A stretch of DNA of 64,000 bases from Bispira polyomma (taxonomy: Eukaryota), in NCBI GenBank assembly GCA_965649765.1, contig OZ287757.1, positions 3,348,001 through 3,412,000 on the forward strand, given 5' to 3'. Made by a program: the position numbers and the translations under genes. Below are positions 53,801 to 62,900 of this stretch, piece by piece. How positions within the stretch are numbered: position 1 is the first letter of the stretch; each line of letters begins with the position of its first letter. The notes under the pieces are model-generated. The model searched no databases. It was given only the letters and a program-made list of their open reading frames with translations, and was not told where the DNA came from.

Positions 53801-56800
53801 GCTGGCGATGGTGTAACTGCTGCCGACGTTAACCTACAGATTTTGACTGAACTCAAAGCATTAAGTGGGCGTATGACCCAAGTTGAGCAGCAAGTTTATC
53901 GCGTTTCACATGGAGCCCAGGCTTTGACGGCGTCGAGCCCGGGGAGTGCAGCCCAACCTAGACAGGCGGACCAAACCACTTCTGAGCTACTGGTCCCGAC
54001 GCTACAGACACTACATACATCCGACTCCCTACAGACTGCAGTGGATTCACGTCTTAAGGAATTGGTGGCCATTAATAATTCAGGTACGTTAAAATCTCAA
54101 AGAGGGGGTCCCGACACTCTGTGGGTGAAGAATAAGGTGGCTTGGCCTCAGAACGTTATACTAGGGGGACAAAACAAAACACGAGTTACGTATGACGCGT
54201 TGTCAATGGCCCAGTGGGTCTCTGGTTTTGCCAGTATAGCTAAAGATGAAAGTAGTTTAGACGTTAAAAACCAAATGTTGGAGTATCTCACTGACCTCAT
54301 GGAGGACGCTCATGATTTTTCCTGGACCTCGGCTAAGGCTAGCCATGCCGTTGTACTGTGTAAAATGGAAGAGGGTAAGGTAACCTGGGGAGATGCCCAC
54401 AAGTTGGACAGGATTAGACGGGCTCATGCCCAAAGGGTTGTCATCCACACTGCAAATAGTAATTATCAAACCAACACCAGGAAAAGTCATGAGAAGTCCA
54501 TCCCATGTAGGTACTTCCAGAGGGGTACTTGCCCCCAAAAAGGGGATCACGAATTCAAAGGTGTGTCATATAGTCATGTGTGTAACCAATGCTTTCAAAA
54601 TGGGAGGTCTTACCCCCACCCTGCAAAAGACTGTAAAAAATATCCGTTAAAAAACGAGTAAAGCACTGCAGTAATGCAGTGCCAGCCTATGTTTCTTCCA
54701 CACAAGAGGTGGTCAGAAAAAAACTTGCACAAAAAGTTGTAAATAATTCTAAAGGTTGTCCCACTAGAACTGTGTATAATAGTCTTAAATGTAATACTGG
54801 CAGTACACATTGGAGGGCAGATTGGGCCAAATTTGTAAATAGATCTTATGCTGATGTGGTTAAAAGAAAGGCTCCCTCCAGGTCTGCTGACATAAAGGTT
54901 TCTGTACAAAGTGCAAATGTGAATCAGAGGTGGCAAAGTCACCAGGTTAAATGTTCACCATGTTTAAATAACAACCAAATTTCAGAAGTGTCCACAAAAC
55001 ATGAACTGGGGCACAGAGTGAGTGTTAAAACTTTCACAAAAGGTGCTTCCCCTTTTACAAGTCCACAGAGGAATAATGTAATGTCAAAAATGGGTAAACC
55101 CCCTCCAACAAAAGGTGATCAATTTGGCCAAAAGCTGGAAATCACAAAATTAGACATTCAGGGCAAATGGCCCATTTCCACTCACAATAGGTTTTCCCCG
55201 TTGAGTGACAATGACCATTATATGGACACTAGTGACAATTCTTTCACACATTTAGCAGATACTTGTAACCAAGGTCAAGGTCTTAAAATACTCTCTCGAG
55301 GTACTGGGGGAATAAAATCAGACAAATATGACCTAGAACTACAAACTAAATCGAAAAACAGGGAACTTATAAAACGTGCTTCCAACCAGCCTCAGTTCCA
55401 GCAATGGGATACTCAAACTACAGATAAGTATGGGTTTATTCCGCTAAATGGCCTCCAAGTTCCCCAAACGGATAAACGAGTAAAGTCGGATAAGTCTCTG
55501 TTAGAGTTACACACTCAGATTAAGCAGGACAACTACCCAAATTATATGGGGGCACAAGTTCAATTGAAATCTGAGTTGAACCCAGATGTATGGGAAAAAT
55601 ACTTGACTGACTACTGGGATAAACAACTCCCCTTTTTGATAAGATATGGGTTTCCCCTCGATTTTAATCCTGACAGCAAGTTATCTCATACAGAACAGAA
55701 TCATTCATCTGCAACACAATTTCCAGATGATGTGCATGCTTATTTAAAAGAAGAGACTGAGTTAGGGGCCATGTTGGGCCCTTTCCATAAGGCCCCCATA
55801 CAAAACCTCCATATTTCTCCCTTTATGACTAGGGAAAAGCCAGGTGCCGCACACAGGCGCGTTATCATAGATTTAAGCTTTCCTCATGGCAACTCTGTGA
55901 ATTCGGCTGTAGTCAAGGATAAGTATCTCGGTACTGCGTTTGCATTAACCCTTCCCACAATTGACACAATTACAAACAAAATATGTCGTATGGGACGTGG
56001 AACGCTCTTATATAAAATTGACGTAAGTCGGGCATTTCGTCACGTAAAAATGGATCCAGCTGATTACAATCTATTAGGCTTAAAATTAGACAAATACTAC
56101 GTCGACTCTTGCCTCCCATTTGGTTTTCGGCACGGGAGCGCAATTTTTCAGCGATTAAGTGACGCCGTCAGGTACATCATGAAACGTCACGGACATGACG
56201 TCACCAACTATATCGACGACGTAATCGGCTATGGTGACGTCATAGAAAGTAAACATTCATTTGATATATTGCTCAACTTACTCCAGGAACTAGGCTTTGC
56301 AATTAGTCACAAAAAACTTGTTCACCCCAGCACGTCAGTAACGTGTCTGGGGGTGTTAGTTAATACAAATGACTTGACAATCTCATTGCCAGATGAAAAG
56401 CTACTAGAAATAAACACACTTGTGCAAGACTGGCAATTAAGAAACTGCTGCAGTAAGAGGGAGTTGCAGTCACTGCTAGGTAAATTGTTATATGTATCCA
56501 AATGTGTTCGAGTTTCACATGCTTTCTTAAACCGAATGCTTGACGTCCTAAGATCGGTAGGCCCGGATCAAAAAGTAAAACTTACACCTGAGTTTCATCA
56601 GGATGTAAATTGGTTTAAAAAATTTTTACCAACATTTAATGGAAAAGCCTTCTTTGAACACAAACCCACTACCGATTGTATTCAGTTGGATGCGTGCCTC
56701 CAAGGTCTGGGAGGCCATTGTAATGATGAAGTATACCAATTCCAAATTCCTCTAGGTTATCTAGATTTCACGATAGTTCATCTGGAAATGTTAAACATCC

Positions 56801-59800
56801 TAGTTGCCATTAGGCTATGGAAGTCAGCGTGGGCAGGTAAGAGGCTAATATTGCAATGCGACAATGCTGCCGTGGTCACTATCCTCAATTCAGGCAAAAC
56901 TAAAGACCTCACTTTGGCAGCTATTGCCAGAACCATCTTCATGGCCGTAGCCTCCCATGATATCAGTCTCAAAACCATTCACATTTTAGGTAGACTTAAT
57001 ACAGTGGCTGATCTCTCTAGATGGCAGATCACGGCCAGCAATAATGACAAGTTACTAGAACTGGTATCGAATCCCAAATGGGTAAAAGTAAAAGACACAA
57101 TGTTAGAAATAGATTGGTCTATCTAATTGCAGATGTACCTTCCAAGCTAAGAAAGATTGCTACACAAGCCTCATACAGAGCCCATCAGGCCTTTAGACCA
57201 GCCACTGAAAGGGCCTATACAAATATGTTTAGGATATTCTTGGCCTATTGTAGTTTTGCTCAGGTCAGGCCTCGAAATATCTCCCCCCTTATTATATTGG
57301 CTTTCTTAGAAGTATTAGTGGTTAATCATGTCTCTTCCTCCTCCATTGCAAACTACCTTTCGGCGGTTAAAGCTAAATTGGCCCTCTATGGCCTTGACGT
57401 CTCTGCATTTGCAGATCCTAGAATTAAGTATTACCAAAAAGCCCTTACACTCAATAGCCCCTTCAGGGCTAAAATTAACGCTATTATTGACATTCCCCTG
57501 TTACTCCAAATTACTCAAATTTGTGACAGCATGTACATGGGGCAGATCTTCAAGGCTCTGTATCTCATTGCTTTCTTTTCTTTTCTTAGAATATCCAACT
57601 TACTTCCACATGCTGTCTCTCAATTCTCTCCACTAGTCCAACTGGCCCGGGGGGACGTACTTTTTGCCTCCCCTGGCCTCCACCTCATAATAAAGTGGTC
57701 TAAAACAATGCAGTCAAAGAATGTAGCAAAAGTTATTAAAATACCGAGCCTAAGTGGCTCTAGTCTCTGTCCGGTGGCTGCCACAAGGGCCTTGCTGGCT
57801 ATTACTCCTGGACACAAAAATTCTCCTCTCTTTCAGTTTAAAAAATACCATAAATGGTCTCCAATGATTGACACCCAAGCTAGGCAAAATCTCACGCAAA
57901 TTTTGAGGCGTCTTGGCCTCCAGCAATCAAACATTTCTTTCCACACCTTCAGGCGTTCAGGTGCCACCTGGGCCTTCAACAATAATGTCCCAATTCAAGA
58001 TATCCAGAGCCATGGCACTTGGACGTCTGATTGTGTCTGGAGATATATTGTACAGGATCACAATGCATCTGACCAAGTCGCCCTCACCTTCAAGGCCCTC
58101 CTTTCCCCTTCTACTACTTCCTAGTTGGGCTTTGGGGCTTTATTTACATACATTATATACAAATAAAATATAATAATGCTTAAATATAAATATTTTGGGG
58201 CCACCTTACCTTATACTAATTTAATCCTTTTACATCTTTACTAAATCTCTTTTGGCAACCTCAAATAAAATCTAAGGTTACCATTTTTCTTAAATTTAAA
58301 CTCATTCTAAGGTTACCCTAACTTCAAGTTAGGGTTACCCCTAAATTCAACCTTAAAAATTTCAATCTTTGGTAACCCTAACTTCCAAGTTGGGGCTACC
58401 CTTAACCTTAAACTCAATCTTAGGTAGCCCTAACTTTCAAGCTAGGGCTACCCCTTAAATTTTAAAAATCCCTTTGGTCACTTTGGCCTGTTGTCCTCAG
58501 GTTAAGGTCACCTTAAACTCTTAACTTCTCCTAAACTCTTGGGGCTAAGGTGGCCTTTTACTACACAGTATGTAAATAATTATTAGTGATAACATAGTAA
58601 AATTAAAGCTAATATCCCCAAAACCTACCTTTCTTGTTATTTTCCTGTGTTACACCACATCTACAAGTTTACTAGGGTAGGGCACTGAAACAGGTTCAGT
58701 GAACTAATTGTCAAGTCAAAAAAACTATGTTGGGGTGTATAGGGAAGGAGCACTGCGGAGAGTAGACGAGTTTTAAAACATAAGTGAGAAAAAGTATAAA
58801 TCCAGCCATCTTGGTAGGTGTTACAGAGGAAACAAAAAGTCTCCTTCCTCATTTGAGGAAAGACAAGTTGCAAGCTTTGTTATTCCTCATGACCATGTAA
58901 ATGTATGTATATATTCTATCATGGTTATTATTTTAAACATTTACTTTATGTTAATTAGCATTTTAAAGAGTCCTCTAATAATACCGGAACAACTTGTACA
59001 TACTTTCATGACGCAAAATATGTGTATATGCTATGTTATATTTTTCCTCTTTTTGAAATGTGTTTACCTCAAACAAGCCCTTGATATCAGCCGTGTCACA
59101 GGTTGCTCTGAGGAAATCACTGATTGATATTTTCAGGCCATCCGGTATTGAGTCATATGTTTTTTCAACCATCATCACTTGATCTAAGGAAGTCCTTTCC
59201 TGCACCTGTATTTGCATGTTGAAAACAAGTTTTAAATTTTAATATTAAAAAAGTTCACAATAAAATATCTTATCACAATGTGAACATACACAATATCCCT
59301 TCACAAATAGTCACCGACAATCATTATGAAGTGCCTGATATTTGATTTTTGTTTTTCATCTGCGTGAGGAGGGATCATTTGAAGGCCTTACAACAGGGTT
59401 AAATAAATATATACAGAGTGTTTATATCCAAAACGTCTGAGACTCTTCTACTACAGCAACTGCCTTCAGTAACAAGAATGTTAACACCATAGCCTCACAG
59501 TAGTAACAAGGAATTGGTACTGACTTTGCAGAATATGTATGTAGTTTATGTAATCTACTATATCAAGCTTCTGTATTGAGGCAATACAGAGTGATAGTTA
59601 TATAACTGTTTTTGATAACAAAAACGGAGTGTCCCTAAATTGAAACAATAATAAAGTTGTTTAGTGTTGAAGGTTTGAAATGTTTTTTTTTTTTAAATGA
59701 GATCGATATTGATCTATCTGGCACCATTTCCAAGATAACAAATGTTTTGGAAATAAACACAGTCAAGATGGGCAAAAAAATCAGAAAGTTTCATAAAAGC

Positions 59801-59884
59801 TGACACATAAGCATAATCAGCTCCATTGGTCGAAAATTAACTCAAAATTGCTTTATCTAGCAAGATAGCTGAGAAAATCAATTT

Positions 59885-59915
<31 letters not shown>

Positions 59916-62900
59916 GAAAGCAGAATCTGCCATTTGGGTCGAAAATTAGCTCGAAATCACTCTATCTAGCACTGTTTCCGAGTTTTGAAAAAAAACCTAA
60001 AGTTTTGACATTTTTTAAATCATTATATATCAGTAACAATTGCATAGTTTTGGACAGGGTAAAAAATAAATAAAAATTGAGGCTTTTTGAAAAAAAATTA
60101 TGTGCAGTCATTTTGTATGATTGATCAACCCTGTCAATCAGTGAATTATCATAAAATTGATCTTAAAATTTACAGTCATCTATCCATTAGTAGTTTTAAT
60201 ATGCATTCCAAATGATATTGAACTTTGAGAAGTATTTTAAAAGAAAAGTTAAAAACATTTAAGACAGAGCAAAATAGGGCAAAACACTGATTTAAAGTAC
60301 TCGGTACTCATTTAGTACTACACTTAAAGCCTTAAGATTTTTACATCACGCATCAAGTAAAAAAGTAGATAAATAACTTATACCAAGCAATAGCCAAAAT
60401 CCCAATAGTTTACGAGATAGAAAATTATGGATTTTTCACAGTTCAGAAAAAAATAGATCAGTCAGCAATCACTCAATTATTATCTGATTAATCTCAACAG
60501 CATCTCCCATCTACAAAATTTCATTGAGCTATGACAAATACTTTCTGAGAAAACCAGTAGGCCAAATTTCAAATCCAAGAATTTGCAAAAAATTCCCACT
60601 TAAGATAACTGCCAAAAAAAATTTGATGCATATAATATTAAAGGACATATTCAAAGAAGACCATGTGACGGCGGCACAGGTGGCAGAAGCGAGGAAAGTA
60701 GGTGTGAAACCAAATAAGTGCCCTTTTCAAGGGATGAATAATATGTAGTACATAAATGTTCACTGTCAGCCTTTGATCTCCTTTAGGGTCAACTCAAACC
60801 TACCTGATAAGCATCAAATTACAATGTTTAAATATAACCCAGATATTATATAGCCCAGCCAATAAATTTGTAAAAATAAGAAGGTAATATATAGTGTACC
60901 TTAATAACCCGCTGGCGTTCTATTGCCTTATTATATTGGATATGAATAACTAAGCCTGTAATTGAAGATGGACACTGTGTGTGAATCACCCCAATAGTTT
61001 GCGTATAACACTGCTAATAAAGAAACAAACCAAAAACATAACCTCTTTGGCAGTGGTTTTGAATAATAAAAAGTGGAAAAATACCCTTGGTTCCTCTAAC
61101 TTCATTATTGGGAATTTTTTGCTGCCTAAAGATGCTGCTGCACCAACTTCAGCACGAAGTGTGATCATTTCATAAATTAAATTGGTCATTTCCTGGTACT
61201 TCACCATTGCAATATCCTGTACCTCCTATAAATACATCAAGTAATAGACATGTGACGTTGTAATAAGTTACCACTATGGCATATGTAACACACATGACCT
61301 TTAGTATGCAAAGTACATGGCTCACATGACCATTCAAAGTTACAATCATCTGTCATTGGATCCTATCCACAATGACCCTTTAGAATATTGATATAAGATA
61401 TGCTTAGCTGGAGGAGAAACATTTACTGGTGTTTACATTCCATATACCTATAAATTACTTTACTGTGTACTAGGTTAGTGCATTTTGTCATCTCAGGTGA
61501 TAAAATTTAACATAAACATCCACATTTTTTTTATTTCTGACAAAATTTGGCCTAAACTTGCAGTGACCTATGTCTAATTTCATTAATCCAAGGTAAAATA
61601 TGCAAGCACACATGGATATCTATGTATGGTTTCTTCTTACAAGCATGACATCCATCAGCATACAAATCATCTGTTCATTTGATCCATCGAAGCCATTATC
61701 AAGAGCATCCTTCGCAGACAACCAGGAATTTGAACACAAAATCTCGTACTCTTCTGCCACTTTCATGGGGCGGTTCTTTATACTGATGTTTTCTAGGCTG
61801 GTTTCATTCATGCCAATTTTAGCAGACATTTCTTGTGACAGCCTGAAACAGAAAGAACCCCCAAAACCACAAATGATGATTAATTCATTAAAATCTGTAT
61901 ATTATAAGATACAACATCTTAATAATACAATGTAATCATCCACTTGAATACTAGACATTGGTGATGTAGACATAGCCACTTCCACCTCATTTTTCGAGTC
62001 TCATCTTGGTATCCACGTGGAGAAAATATGGTAGTGAACTTGCTGAAAGTGCAGAAAACCTTGACTAACTGCCCTGTTTGGTTTTCTGTGGCAGTTGGAA
62101 TGTTACACAAAATCTATTCAAAGCATAATTAAAACCAGACTAATACACTTGTGTCTGTGGGTCTTGGCAGTGTATATGTAACAACTTTTGCCTCACACAT
62201 CTAATGTGACATCTTCTGTCACAGTTTTGAACCATATTCCCAGCATTTATTTGAATTAAAAACTGGGCAGTAGACCTGCTGAAGGTTGATGTTGAGCAGT
62301 GTATACATCTTGAGAGCAACTTACTTCTACTGATATTGGTTCTAGTACTTTGTCTAAAGAATTTTTTACTCAGTGTGACAGAGTAAAATTATCCGTTATC
62401 GCCAACAGAGTCAATTTTTACAAGGAAATTGATTTAAACTTTGGGAACACTGGTTCGTTTAATCTGGATTTAAGGATAAATGGGGTTAGATAAGAAGATT
62501 ATATTGTGTACTAAATGTATAATATTAATATGCAAGTATGTTCAAAGGGTTGTGGGGGCCATAGTCTGGTATTATTAGAAATATTGGACTCCAGAAACTT
62601 TACATTATTATATTTACTTCATATCATAAATAAAAGCAGGATTCTTAATAATTTACAATTTTTTTTACAAAATCGACCATGTCTGATTTCTGCTACCACG
62701 ATACCTCTTACCCAACATCTTATTATAGCCACCCTCATAATTTACATGCTAATAACCTAATCTTTACCCCTATCAAATTCATGCATGCACAACATCAAGT
62801 TAGTAGCAGTTATTTACAAACCTCTGCACTAAATCGTTCCTCTCTTGCGTCATGTAAGTCAACTGTTTCCCCAAATTTTTGCACTGATCTTTATGATAAG

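Larger units (their letters stand above)
53156..58688 (+). mobile_element. Near-intact tyrosine-recombinase retrotransposon (DIRS order, Ngaro-like; copy A), antisense in an intron of paralog 2
   Basis: Three long open ORFs: gag, RT/RNase H and YR. No methyltransferase ORF is visible. Boundaries were set by homology with copy B. No target-site duplication is seen. Confidence 0.95.

Noticed and set aside
54679-54681. GTG start for pol given by the ORF track
   Set aside because: It lies inside the frameshift hairpin. The frame is open from 54637 and is better explained by -1 frameshifting.
57078-57132. ATG 57078 as the YR start, overlapping pol
   Set aside because: It is the AAA-TGG of RNase H. 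It is out of frame with YR in copy B and absent in copy C, and homology begins at the AG/AT at 57132/57133.
58311-58452. CRISPR-like repeat-spacer array, or telomeric TTAGGG seeds
   Set aside because: The context is eukaryotic, with only three degenerate units, related spacers and no cas genes. TTAGGG/CCCTAA occur singly as hairpin arms.
58741-58770. AGGGAAGGAGCACTGCGGAGAGTAG resembles a 3'-end/5'-start junction of the element (possible split direct repeat); a similar string is at 3486-3500
   Set aside because: The match is short and gapped, with no equivalent next to copy B. Not enough to claim, but worth rechecking against a family consensus.
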